The notes under the pieces were generated by a model. It had not been told where the DNA came from. It searched no databases and worked only from the letters and a program-made list of their open reading frames with translations. Both the position numbers and the translations under genes were made by a program. Positions 1-9,729 of a DNA stretch of 41,308 nucleotides are shown piece by piece (position 1 is the stretch's first letter; the number at the start of each line of letters is the position of its first letter). The stretch is from positions 1-41,308 of the forward strand of contig JAULYI010000181.1 of NCBI GenBank assembly GCA_032117915.1, read 5' to 3'. The DNA comes from Candidatus Kapaibacterium sp. (GTDB taxonomy: Bacteria > Bacteroidota > Ignavibacteria > Kapaibacteriales > Kapaibacteriaceae).

Positions 1-657
1 ATGGCCTTTGTCAGACCATCGCCGTCCCGCCTTGTCTTGGGCGGCGTTACCTCGACCACGCGGGAAATGATGCTGCTGTGCGAGGGTGCTGGGTATGATA
101 CCATCATTGTCGAGACGGTCGGCGTGGGCCAGAGCGAGATCGACGTCGCCGACATGGTCGACCTCTTCCTCTTGCTGGTACTGCCAACGGCCGGCGATGA
201 CGTGCAGGGAATCAAGCGTGGCATCATGGAAGTGGCCGACGCCATCGTGGTGACGAAGGCCGACCTTGATGACGCTCAGGCCAGCCGGGCCGTCGCACAG
301 TATCGCGGAAGCATGCGCTACATGATGCCGATCCACGAAGGGTGGAGCGTTCCCGCGCTTGCTGTCAGTAGTCTTGCGTCGTCCGGCATGAGCGCTCTTC
401 ACGAAGCGATCGAACATTTTTTTGCTCCGGATCGTATGGCAGCAATTGCGATGCGCAGACATCGTCAGCGCATCGCTTGGTTCGACGATAGGCTGCACCG
501 GTCCCTCGTTGCCCTTGTCGAGGGCGACGAACGACTTAGGCAGCAGCTTGCAGCATTGCGGCGAGACGTCGAGACCGGCATCATTGTACCATCGACGGCC
601 GTAGGCCGGTTTATGCAGACCGTAGCACTTGTCACGAGGAACCCACACATACCATGA
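1..657 (+). CDS. meaB: Methylmalonyl-CoA mutase-associated GTPase MeaB/ArgK, 5'-truncated by window edge
   Basis: Motifs [25 protein letters not shown] (Walker B region), [19 protein letters not shown] (G4). Walker A is absent, so the gene starts upstream of the window. Confidence 0.93.
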   Translation: MAFVRPSPSRLVLGGVTSTTREMMLLCEGAGYDTIIVETVGVGQSEIDVADMVDLFLLLVLPTAGDDVQGIKRGIMEVADAIVVTKADLDDAQASRAVAQYRGSMRYMMPIHEGWSVPALAVSSLASSGMSALHEAIEHFFAPDRMAAIAMRRHRQRIAWFDDRLHRSLVALVEGDERLRQQLAALRRDVETGIIVPSTAVGRFMQTVALVTRNPHIP

Positions 658-1862
658 ATTACCTACAACGCATGCAGCAGGCTGTGCAAGAGGCAGGCCT
701 TGACGCTTGGCTCCTGTATGACTTCCGAGGATTGAACGCTCTGGCATGGAACATCCTGGATCTACCGGAGGATGCTCACTGCACCCGGCGCTGGATGATC
801 GTCATCCCCGCCCACGGTTCGGTGACCAAGATCGTGCATCGCATGGAACGCAGTCCGCTAGACCATGTGCAGGCCACAGAGGTGCTGTATAACACGTATC
901 AGTCGTGGGATGCTGCCGTTCGTAATGCCATTGGATCATTTCGTACAGTTGCGATGGAGTACTCACCGGGTAATGCCCTGCCCGTCGTCAGCCGCGTCGA
1001 TGCCGGCACGGTCGAGTTCATCCGCTCGATCGGCTGTGACGTCGTGACATCTGCCGACCTGCTGCAGGCCCACACTGCCGTGATCGACGATGAACGGCTC
1101 GCCGGGAATGCCATTACGGCTGCACGGCTGAAAGAATCCGTCATGAGCGGATTCACACTTGTTCGGGAACGCTTGCTGAGCGGACACTCCGTCACGGAGT
1201 TCGACGTCCAGCAGCACATCATGCGCTGCTTCGAAAAGCACGGTCTGGTAACAGACCACCCCCCGATCGTCGCCATCGGCCCGAACGCTGCAAGTCCCCA
1301 CTATGCCCCCTCGTTTCATGACCATGCGACCATTGAACGGGACATGGTAGTCCTGATCGATGCCTGGGCGCGGTCGCATGCTCCTGCCTCCGTCTATGCC
1401 GACATCACCTGGGTAGGATTCACCGGATCCGATGTACCGCCTGAGGTGGCCGAGCGTTTCGACGTGATCGTTCGGGGTCGTGACGCTGCCTCTGCCCTTG
1501 TTACCGCTCGTTTTGCAGCCGGTGCCGCCATTTATGGATATGAGGTTGACAGAGCCTGCCGTGACGTCATCGAAGCCGCCGGTCTTGGTCACCTGTTCAT
1601 TCATCGGACGGGACACAGCATCACGCACGAGGTACATGGTCCGGGAACGAATATGGACGACTTCGAAACGCATGACACACGACGAATCCTGCCCGGCACA
1701 TCCTTCTCGATCGAACCCGGCGTATATGAGGACGGCGTCCTCGGGCTGCGCACGGAGATCGATATCGTGATCGATCATGACGGTACCGTTCTTATCCCGA
1801 GCGCCCCTGTACAGCAGGTCATCCTGCCTCTGCTCCACGATCACGGATTCATGCCTCAATGA
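654..1862 (+). CDS. M24 family Xaa-Pro peptidase (aminopeptidase P-like)
   Basis: Pita-bread metal ligands: [41 protein letters not shown] overlap with meaB. Confidence 0.9.
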   Translation: MNYLQRMQQAVQEAGLDAWLLYDFRGLNALAWNILDLPEDAHCTRRWMIVIPAHGSVTKIVHRMERSPLDHVQATEVLYNTYQSWDAAVRNAIGSFRTVAMEYSPGNALPVVSRVDAGTVEFIRSIGCDVVTSADLLQAHTAVIDDERLAGNAITAARLKESVMSGFTLVRERLLSGHSVTEFDVQQHIMRCFEKHGLVTDHPPIVAIGPNAASPHYAPSFHDHATIERDMVVLIDAWARSHAPASVYADITWVGFTGSDVPPEVAERFDVIVRGRDAASALVTARFAAGAAIYGYEVDRACRDVIEAAGLGHLFIHRTGHSITHEVHGPGTNMDDFETHDTRRILPGTSFSIEPGVYEDGVLGLRTEIDIVIDHDGTVLIPSAPVQQVILPLLHDHGFMPQ

Positions 1863-3649
1863 TGCTGCGTGCACTCATCGTGGTCTTGCTTCTGTACGTC
1901 GGCCTGCCCATACAGGCCCAGGATGCAGCCCGTGATAAACTGCGGCTAGCGGCTACCTATGAGCGCACCGGAGACATGCGCAGCGCGGCACGGATCTATC
2001 TGGAAGTACTCGAAGCCAAGGCAGCGGACAACGCCGCCTATGAGGGTGTGATACGCACGCTCACTGCGCTGGGACAGTTCAGTTCCTTGCTTCCTGTGAT
2101 CGAAGACCGAGAACGGCGGCAACCATCGGCCGACGTCTCCATGCAGCTCGCCGGCGTCTATTGGAAACTTGGCAAACAGCAGGACGCGATCGCAGCATGG
2201 TCCAGAGCTGTTGACCAAGCCGGGAACGACGCCGAGGCCTGGGCCATGGTGGCCGAATCACAGGCAGCCGTCCTGTCCAATGCCATCGCCATCGAGTCCT
2301 TTCTTCGTGCTCGCGACAAGCAGGATGATGCAGACGCCTTTGCCGCCCAGCTCAGCGCCCTTTACATCGCCCTGGGCAAGGTCGAGCAAGGGGCAGAGGA
2401 AGTCCTGAAGGACTTCCGATCATCGAACGACCTGATGCGGGCTCAGGGAAGACTCTCGGCCGTCATGTCGACGCCCGAGGGTGTTGCTGTGGTGGGCGCG
2501 CTGCTTGATTCCGAGGCCGACGAGCAAGGCGACCTCGCGCGGCTCCGTCTGTGGTATTACCGCGAGGTCAAGAACTGGAAGGCGGCGCTTGCCGTGACCA
2601 TCGATCTGGACAAGCGCAGTAAGGCACAAGGACAGGAACTGCTGCAGTTCGGAGACGGCGCAAGGCGAGACGGTGCCTTCGATATCGCCATCGAGGCCTA
2701 CGAGACCGTACTTGCCGATAATCCCAATGAGCAGCGCCGTCTAACGGCGATCTACTCCTATGCCCGAACCCTCGACCAGAAACTCCGGGCAGGGTCCAGC
2801 TTCGACAAGCGTGATGCGCAACGCATCATTGATCGCTACGCAGGAATCGTCCGCGACTTCCCCACGCACTGGTACGCCTCCAATGCGCTCTACCAGATGG
2901 CCTTGCTTGAGATCGACATTCTGGGCAACACCGATGCCGGTCGCGATCTCCTGCAGCGACTCGTCAATCAGTACAAAGGGACGCAGGCTGCCGCGGACGG
3001 TGCCCTGCGCCTTGCACGGATCTATATCGCCGTCGAGGAATTCGATATCGCCGATCAGTACCTCACCGGTCTGGGTCGAATGACCTCGACCGAAACACAG
3101 CCCCAGCGGGACGTGGCGCTGGTCATACGAGGTGACCTTGCCGCTTGGCGCGGCGTGATCGACTCGGCACAGGCCTTCTATGCCAAGGTCGCTGCTGTTC
3201 CCGGTTCGACAGCCGCAAATGACGCCTTGGACCGGCTGCTGATCCTGCAGCTGGCAGATCAGGACTCCTCCGCCGTCGCTACGATGCGTCAGGCCGACAA
3301 ACTTGCCGCAACCGGTAAGACGTCAGCAGCAGCCGAGACCTACCGTGCCGCAGCATCAACTGCGCGTGACGGCGAACTCCGTGATCGCTGCAACCTGTCG
3401 GCAGCCGAGCAGTTCATGACCATCGGACAAGACACGACGGCCATGACCCTGCTTGACGCCATCATTGCCGATGTGCCAGAGACGATCTTCGGCGATCGTG
3501 CCCTGTTCCGGAAGGCCGAACTTGCACTGCGCCGCAAGGATGTTCCATCTGCCGTCGATGCGCTAACCATCCTGCTGGTGCAGTATCCGCGGTCCATCTT
3601 CGTGCCAGACGCACGCGAGCGCATTCGTGCGCTGCGTGGCGATAGCTAG
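1859..3649 (+). CDS. Exported tetratricopeptide-repeat protein
   Basis: N-terminal signal peptide ([19 protein letters not shown]). Repeated Ala-rich helical TPR patterns. C-terminal LLVQYPRSIFVPDARERIR is a CpoB/BamD-like TPR end. Confidence 0.8.
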   Translation: MMLRALIVVLLLYVGLPIQAQDAARDKLRLAATYERTGDMRSAARIYLEVLEAKAADNAAYEGVIRTLTALGQFSSLLPVIEDRERRQPSADVSMQLAGVYWKLGKQQDAIAAWSRAVDQAGNDAEAWAMVAESQAAVLSNAIAIESFLRARDKQDDADAFAAQLSALYIALGKVEQGAEEVLKDFRSSNDLMRAQGRLSAVMSTPEGVAVVGALLDSEADEQGDLARLRLWYYREVKNWKAALAVTIDLDKRSKAQGQELLQFGDGARRDGAFDIAIEAYETVLADNPNEQRRLTAIYSYARTLDQKLRAGSSFDKRDAQRIIDRYAGIVRDFPTHWYASNALYQMALLEIDILGNTDAGRDLLQRLVNQYKGTQAAADGALRLARIYIAVEEFDIADQYLTGLGRMTSTETQPQRDVALVIRGDLAAWRGVIDSAQAFYAKVAAVPGSTAANDALDRLLILQLADQDSSAVATMRQADKLAATGKTSAAAETYRAAASTARDGELRDRCNLSAAEQFMTIGQDTTAMTLLDAIIADVPETIFGDRALFRKAELALRRKDVPSAVDALTILLVQYPRSIFVPDARERIRALRGDS

Positions 3650-3685
3650 CGACATCAACACTACCGTTCACTTTCAGGTCCCCAC

Positions 3686-5392
3686 ATGTCCACCGTAACA
3701 ACCTTCGCAGACCTTACCTACACCCGCCCCGACATCGACCACCTCCGTGCTCAGATGGAATCACTGGTCGCCGCCTTTGCAGCGCAGCCGTCAGCCGAGT
3801 CCACGATCGATCTCGTGCGCCACTGGAACGTCATGCGCACAAATGTGAGCACCATGCAGAGCCTTGCAGAGGTCAAGTTCACGCAGAATGTCAAGGACGA
3901 GGACGCCAAGCGCGAGAAGCAGTTCCTTGATGAATTCGGTCCAACGATCACGGAACTCTTCATGCTGGTGCAGAAGCAGGTACTTGCGTCGCCGCACCTG
4001 GACGCCATCAAGGAAGCGTTCGGCGAACTCTTCGTGATACGACTAGAGGAGAGCGATAAGGTCTTCCGCCCCGAGATCAAGGACCTGCTTGTAGAGGAGG
4101 CTGAACTCTGTACGAAGTACAATGACATTACCGCTTCGGCCAAGATCGAGGTTGACGGAAAGACGTATAACCTTTCCACGATCGGCACACTGGCTATCTC
4201 GCTTGATCGCGAGACGCGCAAGAAGGCCGTCACGGCCGTGTATGACTTCCTTGCGTCCCATCAGGCCGAGATCGAGTCGATCTACGACAGACTGGTCAAG
4301 CTTCGCGATGAAAAGGCCCGTCGACTGGGCTATAACGACTACATCGAGTTCCGCTACATCGAGTTCGGCCGGCACGACTATAACCGCAACGACGTCGCCG
4401 TCTTCCGCGATCAGGTCATCGCCCACGTTGTTCCTCTGGTTGGTGCCTTCCGTGCCGCCCAGGCCAAGCGTCTTGGGATCGACAATGTGCGGATCTACGA
4501 CGAGAAGCTCCACTTCGCCGACGGCAATCCTGTTGCCAACGGGGACCACGACTGGATCGTCGATAAAGCTCGCACCATGTACGCAGAGCTCTCGCCCGAA
4601 ACCCATGAGTTCTTTGAACTTATGCTCCAAGGTGGTCTCATGGACCTGAAGTCCCGCGACAACAAGGCGACCGGCGGTTATTGCACCAGCTTTGCCGAGT
4701 TTGGCCTTCCCTTCATCTTTGCGAACTTCAACCAGACCACGCACGACATTGAAGTGCTGACCCACGAAGCCGGCCATGCCTTCCAGTGCTACCGCAGCCG
4801 CGCCTATGAGCAACCCGAATACCGTTGGCCGACCATGGAGGCCTGCGAGATCCATTCCATGGGTATGGAGTTCCTGACGTGGCCCTGGATGGGATCCTTC
4901 TTTGGTGAGCAGTTAGATAAGTTCCGCTTCTACCACCTGCAGGGTGCCCTGCTGTTCCTACCGTATGCCTGTGCCGTTGACCATTTCCAGCACTGGGTCT
5001 ATGAGAACCCCAATGCCACCCCTGCCGAACGGAACGCTACGTGGACCGAGATGGAATCTGTCTATATGCCGTGGCGCGATACGTCGGACATTGCCCATGC
5101 GGCAACGGGGACGCAGTGGCAGCTGCAGCGTCATATCATTGAGAGCCCCTTCTACTACATTGACTATGCACTGGCGCAAACCTGTGCTCTGCAATTCTGG
5201 CAGGCCTCCCAGGTTGACCGTGCCAAGGCCTTCAGCGATTACCTGCGCATCTGCGACATCGGCGGAAGCCAGTCCTTCGTGCAGATCGTCCGTTCGGGCA
5301 ACCTACGCTCGCCCTTCGAAGCAGGATGCCTCGACTCCATCGTTTCCGATGTCAAGCAATGGCTTGACCGGGAGTATCCGCAGTACCTGTGA
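3686..5392 (+). CDS. M3 family oligoendopeptidase (M3B, PepF-like)
   Basis: HEAGH zincin motif, KATGGYCT, EACEIHSMGMEF, QRHI..SPFYYIDYALAQ. Confidence 0.93.
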   Translation: MSTVTTFADLTYTRPDIDHLRAQMESLVAAFAAQPSAESTIDLVRHWNVMRTNVSTMQSLAEVKFTQNVKDEDAKREKQFLDEFGPTITELFMLVQKQVLASPHLDAIKEAFGELFVIRLEESDKVFRPEIKDLLVEEAELCTKYNDITASAKIEVDGKTYNLSTIGTLAISLDRETRKKAVTAVYDFLASHQAEIESIYDRLVKLRDEKARRLGYNDYIEFRYIEFGRHDYNRNDVAVFRDQVIAHVVPLVGAFRAAQAKRLGIDNVRIYDEKLHFADGNPVANGDHDWIVDKARTMYAELSPETHEFFELMLQGGLMDLKSRDNKATGGYCTSFAEFGLPFIFANFNQTTHDIEVLTHEAGHAFQCYRSRAYEQPEYRWPTMEACEIHSMGMEFLTWPWMGSFFGEQLDKFRFYHLQGALLFLPYACAVDHFQHWVYENPNATPAERNATWTEMESVYMPWRDTSDIAHAATGTQWQLQRHIIESPFYYIDYALAQTCALQFWQASQVDRAKAFSDYLRICDIGGSQSFVQIVRSGNLRSPFEAGCLDSIVSDVKQWLDREYPQYL

Positions 5393-5436
5393 AATCCCGG
5401 TTTAGGATACGCCCCAGTCACACCTGTTGAAATTAT

Positions 5437-5486
5437 CGCAACACCCCTATGGCAGTTTGTCATAGGGGTTGTATTGCGTAGCTTTG
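5437..5486 (+). promoter_or_regulatory. Bacteroides-type primary-sigma promoter (-33 TTTG at 5456-5459, -7 TAGCTTTG at 5479-5486) overlapped by an imperfect inverted repeat
   Basis: TTTG-N19-TAnnTTTG matches the Bacteroides/Flavobacterium consensus. ACCCCTATGGCA (5443-5454) pairs with TGTCATAGGGGT (5458-5469) with one G:T, plus outer CGCAA/TTGCG arms. Confidence 0.65.
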
Positions 5487-5542
5487 CCGTCGATCCACAG
5501 AAAACTAACATTTCTTTTTTGCAGTAAAAGAGAAGGGCCACT

Positions 5543-8500
5543 ATGGCACGATCGATCACCCGTTTTGCGCTCGTTGTCGTGATCGCAGTCTCTGCGTTTG
5601 TGACATCGTTCGCACAATCGAACCCTACGCCTTGGAATCTGGCGACGCAGGGCAACTACCTTTTCAACACATGGCTAAGCACCCAGCCGGCGTTGACATA
5701 TCCCTCGTCAATGGTCTTCCATGTGTTCTCTGAGCCCTGGGAGCCATTCGGCACACCGCTGGACCTTGCGCCTACAGGTGACTGGACAGCAGCGTATAGC
5801 GTAACAAGTAGCTCACGTATCAACGGCGAAAGCACCAATGGTGTCTCGTTCTTTGCTACCTCGGCAAGTCAGCCGTTGAACAACTGCGCCTTTGTTGGTG
5901 CAGCCGTTCTTGCGTTGAACACGCAGGGTCGTACCGAGGTCGTCGTCAACTGGACCAATCGCGTCCTTGCGAGCGGAACGCGTCCGTACGTGATGCGGCT
6001 CCAGTACCGCATCGGAACGACGGGTGCGTGGGTCAATGCGATCGATCCGAATGGCAGCTTCCTTGAGATCGACGGAACGCGTCCGACAAACACGGCGCAA
6101 AACTTCTCCTACACGCTTCCCGCATCGCTAGAGAATCAGGCAACGGTACAACTCCGTTGGCTGTACTTCCAGACAACGTCGGGATCGAACACGCGTCCCC
6201 GCATCGCTCTGGACGACCTGACCGTATCGTCGCAGCCGACCACGGGCGTACCGAACGCAACGGCACTTGCCATTCGCACGCTATCGCCGCAGACTCCGGC
6301 ACAGGGCGTACCCTTCTCTGTCGAGATTCGTTCCGTTGACGTTACGGGTGCAGCTCGACCCGTAGCAAGTGGCACAACGGTCTTCCTGAGCCGCTCAGCA
6401 GGTACGGGATCCCTTGGTGGCAGTACGGTTGGCTTCATTCCTGCCGGCCAAAGCTTTGCCGTCATTAATGGCGTTACGTATAACACGGCCGAAACCGGAG
6501 TATCGATCACCGCCACCGGCGGAGTCCTTACCTCCACCACGACACCGACCTTCACGGTTGCAACACCGGCCACGTGGCTGTGGATCGAGCAAGTGGACAA
6601 TGTCGGCTACGTCGGCTCGCCGATGTCGTCATTCACGGTTCGCGCTATGCGCGGTGACAACGTCATCGACCCCAGCTATAGCGGTGTCATGACGCTCACG
6701 CGCGTTAGCGGACCTGGTTCGCTGACGGGTACGACGTCGGTCGCAAGCCTTCGTGGCGTCGCCACCTTCAACAACATCTCCTTCACGGCTCCTGGCGTTT
6801 ACACTCTTCGTGTCTCAGCTCCGGGACTTCCGGCCGCTGATCTGCCGCAAGTCGTGGTCAATGCCACTCCGACGCTGCTGACGGATGTCGTTCCGCAGTT
6901 CGTTCACGGCCGATTCCCGTTCGGCACCTGTAACTGGGGTGCTCGCCCCGTGCCGAACTACGCACGCGTGACCTTCACGAACCTCCAGCCGAACGCAACC
7001 TACCGGTTCAACGTTGGCGGTGCCAACGACCAGAACCTTACGTCAACGGGACCGGGATGGAACTTGCACTGGGACGGTCGCACAAATACGTATACGTTCT
7101 TGAACAGCAAGAGCCTCAACACGGACGGCTCCTATAGCGTATTTGCCACGGGGCCGACCGAAACATCGAAGTCGATCTGGATCAACCTGACGGCCACGAC
7201 GAACATTGCCTTCGAGCAAGGCACGAACATGTTCTGGCGCGTTGCGCTCGGTGATCAATCCGGACGATTGATCCGCTTCTATCAGCTGGCCCAGACATCT
7301 ACGGTCCTTGACCTCGGTCCGGCCGTCAACCAAGGTACCGGCATCGTTGACGTCTACAGCCATGCAACGCCGAAGAATTACATCGCTCTGTACGACAACG
7401 AGGCCGGCACCGGTCGTCCGCTGTCGATCACCGCGGTGCAGCCTGACGGCGCCGTCTTCGTAGGCTCATCGTCGTCGCAGCAGTGGTATCTAGACATCGA
7501 CGAAGACCAAACGGCTTGGGCAACGATTATCCCGAACAACCTGCCGAATGGCGTCCGCCGCATCCAGGAACATTCGGCCGCGACCGGCGCTGTCATTGGT
7601 GCCATCACGTCGCCAACCGGTGTTTGGAACGGCGTTAACACGGTGAATCCGGCGGGTGGCTTCACTGCACCGATCTATCTTCAGACGCCTCGTATCCAGA
7701 TCCTGGCCCCTGTTGCACAGGATACGGTCTGCGGTGCTAAGACGCTCTCGATCAAGTACATTGCTCGCGGTGTGAGCGGTGTTCGCCTTGAATACTCGTC
7801 AACGGACGGCATCACGTGGGAGCCCATCACATCGGTCACTTTCGGTACACCCGGTGTTACACCGGTTGACGCGCTGAAGGGCGAGTATGCCTACAACTGG
7901 ATCGTCCGCGGTGGCTCGTTCAACACGAACTATCGTATTCGTGCCGTTGCTCTTGACCGTGCCGACGTGTCGGCAACGTCCGGCCGTTTTGTCATGGCTC
8001 TCGAGCCCGTCATCCTTGAGCAGCCGGAATCGAAGGACCTGTGCCTAGGAGGAAGCCACACGATGGTAACGCTCACAACAGGCTCCGTTCGCGCATATCA
8101 GTGGTTCAAGAATGGCGTTGCCCTTCCCGGTGCGAACACAGCTGTTCTTACGATCACCGATGCTCACTACACGTCGAATGGCGTGTATACGTGCTTGGTT
8201 GAAGGATATGGTTCATGTGGCACCGTTGTCTCTGAAGGTGCACACATCCGCGTAAGCCGTCCGATCTCCCTCTCGAAGCAGTCCTTCCGTGCAGCGGCCG
8301 ACATCGGTGGCATGGTCGTTCTGAGCGTCGAGGCAGAAGGTCCGCATGAGTTCACGTATCAGTGGTACCGCGGTCAGAATCCCCTTGTCGAAAGCTCACG
8401 CGTACGCGGCGTTACCAGCAGCCGTCTTGAGATCAGCAACATTGCGAAGACAGATCTTGGTAACGATTACTGGTGCCAAGTTTCTGGAACCTGCGGCACG

Positions 8501-9631
8501 GTCGCATCACGTGTCATGCGCGTGTATTCGACGGGTATCTTCGCCGATGCAGCGACGACGGACGTCTTTAGCTGCGCCGGTGGCAAGGTTACCCTGAGCG
8601 TTGATGCCTATGCTAACCCTGCATCCACGCAGCTGAAGCTGCGTTGGCTCCGTGGTGGTGTCCAGCTTGCCGAAGGCGGTAAGTACGAAGGCACCGCAAC
8701 GATGAACCTGACGATCAACAACGTTGAAGCCCAGGACGCCGGCGACTACACCCTTGAGGTTACGGTCGAAGGGAATGACAACCAGTCTGCACGTGCCACG
8801 GTCAAGGTGGGTATCGCTACAGCACCGACGATCTCCGCACAGCCTGTGGGTTCCGACGTTTGCGAAGGCGGCACGCTCACACTGAGCGTCGGCGCAACTG
8901 CGCAAGGTACGCTCGAGTATCAGTGGCAGTTGAATGGAACGGATGTTGCAGGCGCAACGGCAGCAACTTATTCCGTTAACAACTTCTCGGCGGCACGTGC
9001 CGGAACGTACACCTGCCGTGTGTCGACGGCCTGCGGCTCGGAAGTCTCCAGCCCGGCGACAGTCACGCTCCTTCCTGCAACACAGGTTACGGCTCAGCCT
9101 CCTGCAACGATCGACGTCCAAGTTGGCCAGGAGCTCTCGATCAGCCTGACGGCCACAGGTGCTGCACCGCTGCAGTATCAGTGGATCAAGGACAATGTTG
9201 AACTTGCCGGCGAAGTCGCCCCGACGTACACGAAGGCAGCTGCAGAAGCAACCGACGCCGGTAAGTACTGGTGCCGTATCCGGTCGGTCTGTGGCGATCT
9301 CATCAGCGACTCCACTACGGTCACCACGCGTCCGGTCGTTAGCAGCGTTGAAGACGAGCAGCACCTTGGCGGTGCCATCGTCCACGCCGTTGCACCGAAC
9401 CCTGCTGCGTCGTCGGCATCTGTCACGGTTCAGGTGGTCACGCCTGCTCGCCTGACGATGTCCGTCATCGAAGCAACAGGCCGCGTCGTTGCCACGATCA
9501 TCGATGCTGACGTTATCCCGGGCACCTATGCCCTGCCGATCAACGTTGATGCCCTCTCCAACGGAACGTACCTTCTCACGACGTCGTTCGGCGGCCAGCG
9601 TGCCGTACAGACGCTGTCGGTTGTGAAGTAA
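5543..9631 (+). CDS. Large secreted/surface protein: N-terminal beta-sandwich domains, invasin-like Ig repeats, five I-set-like Ig repeats and a T9SS type A sorting domain
   Basis: Signal peptide. GVATFNNISF..PGVYTL Big-like motif. Five repeats with a core Trp (mostly YQW) and a G.Y.C-type F strand, ~8000-9330. C-terminal VSSVEDE..VAPNPA..LSNGTYLL..LSVVK. Confidence 0.8.
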   Translation: MARSITRFALVVVIAVSAFVTSFAQSNPTPWNLATQGNYLFNTWLSTQPALTYPSSMVFHVFSEPWEPFGTPLDLAPTGDWTAAYSVTSSSRINGESTNGVSFFATSASQPLNNCAFVGAAVLALNTQGRTEVVVNWTNRVLASGTRPYVMRLQYRIGTTGAWVNAIDPNGSFLEIDGTRPTNTAQNFSYTLPASLENQATVQLRWLYFQTTSGSNTRPRIALDDLTVSSQPTTGVPNATALAIRTLSPQTPAQGVPFSVEIRSVDVTGAARPVASGTTVFLSRSAGTGSLGGSTVGFIPAGQSFAVINGVTYNTAETGVSITATGGVLTSTTTPTFTVATPATWLWIEQVDNVGYVGSPMSSFTVRAMRGDNVIDPSYSGVMTLTRVSGPGSLTGTTSVASLRGVATFNNISFTAPGVYTLRVSAPGLPAADLPQVVVNATPTLLTDVVPQFVHGRFPFGTCNWGARPVPNYARVTFTNLQPNATYRFNVGGANDQNLTSTGPGWNLHWDGRTNTYTFLNSKSLNTDGSYSVFATGPTETSKSIWINLTATTNIAFEQGTNMFWRVALGDQSGRLIRFYQLAQTSTVLDLGPAVNQGTGIVDVYSHATPKNYIALYDNEAGTGRPLSITAVQPDGAVFVGSSSSQQWYLDIDEDQTAWATIIPNNLPNGVRRIQEHSAATGAVIGAITSPTGVWNGVNTVNPAGGFTAPIYLQTPRIQILAPVAQDTVCGAKTLSIKYIARGVSGVRLEYSSTDGITWEPITSVTFGTPGVTPVDALKGEYAYNWIVRGGSFNTNYRIRAVALDRADVSATSGRFVMALEPVILEQPESKDLCLGGSHTMVTLTTGSVRAYQWFKNGVALPGANTAVLTITDAHYTSNGVYTCLVEGYGSCGTVVSEGAHIRVSRPISLSKQSFRAAADIGGMVVLSVEAEGPHEFTYQWYRGQNPLVESSRVRGVTSSRLEISNIAKTDLGNDYWCQVSGTCGTVASRVMRVYSTGIFADAATTDVFSCAGGKVTLSVDAYANPASTQLKLRWLRGGVQLAEGGKYEGTATMNLTINNVEAQDAGDYTLEVTVEGNDNQSARATVKVGIATAPTISAQPVGSDVCEGGTLTLSVGATAQGTLEYQWQLNGTDVAGATAATYSVNNFSAARAGTYTCRVSTACGSEVSSPATVTLLPATQVTAQPPATIDVQVGQELSISLTATGAAPLQYQWIKDNVELAGEVAPTYTKAAAEATDAGKYWCRIRSVCGDLISDSTTVTTRPVVSSVEDEQHLGGAIVHAVAPNPAASSASVTVQVVTPARLTMSVIEATGRVVATIIDADVIPGTYALPINVDALSNGTYLLTTSFGGQRAVQTLSVVK

Positions 9632-9653
9632 TCGTCACTGCGGAATTCTTGCA

Positions 9654-9694
9654 AAGGGGAGCATGCCACTCGGCATGCTCCCCTTCGTATTTTT
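9654..9694 (+). terminator. Rho-independent terminator
   Basis: Perfect 14-bp stem AAGGGGAGCATGCC (9654-9667) / GGCATGCTCCCCTT (9672-9685), 4-nt loop, followed by CGTATTTTT. Begins 22 nt after the stop at 9631. Confidence 0.85.
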
Positions 9695-9695
9695 G
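9688..9695 (+). promoter_or_regulatory. Putative -7 promoter element TATTTTTG for the 9730 gene
   Basis: Exact TAnnTTTG match preceded by CG, as at other sites. Ends 34 nt before ATG 9730 and coincides with the terminator T-tract. Confidence 0.45.
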
Positions 9696-9729
9696 GCCGT
9701 CCACCAACGCCGCCTTCACGAGCCACTCC

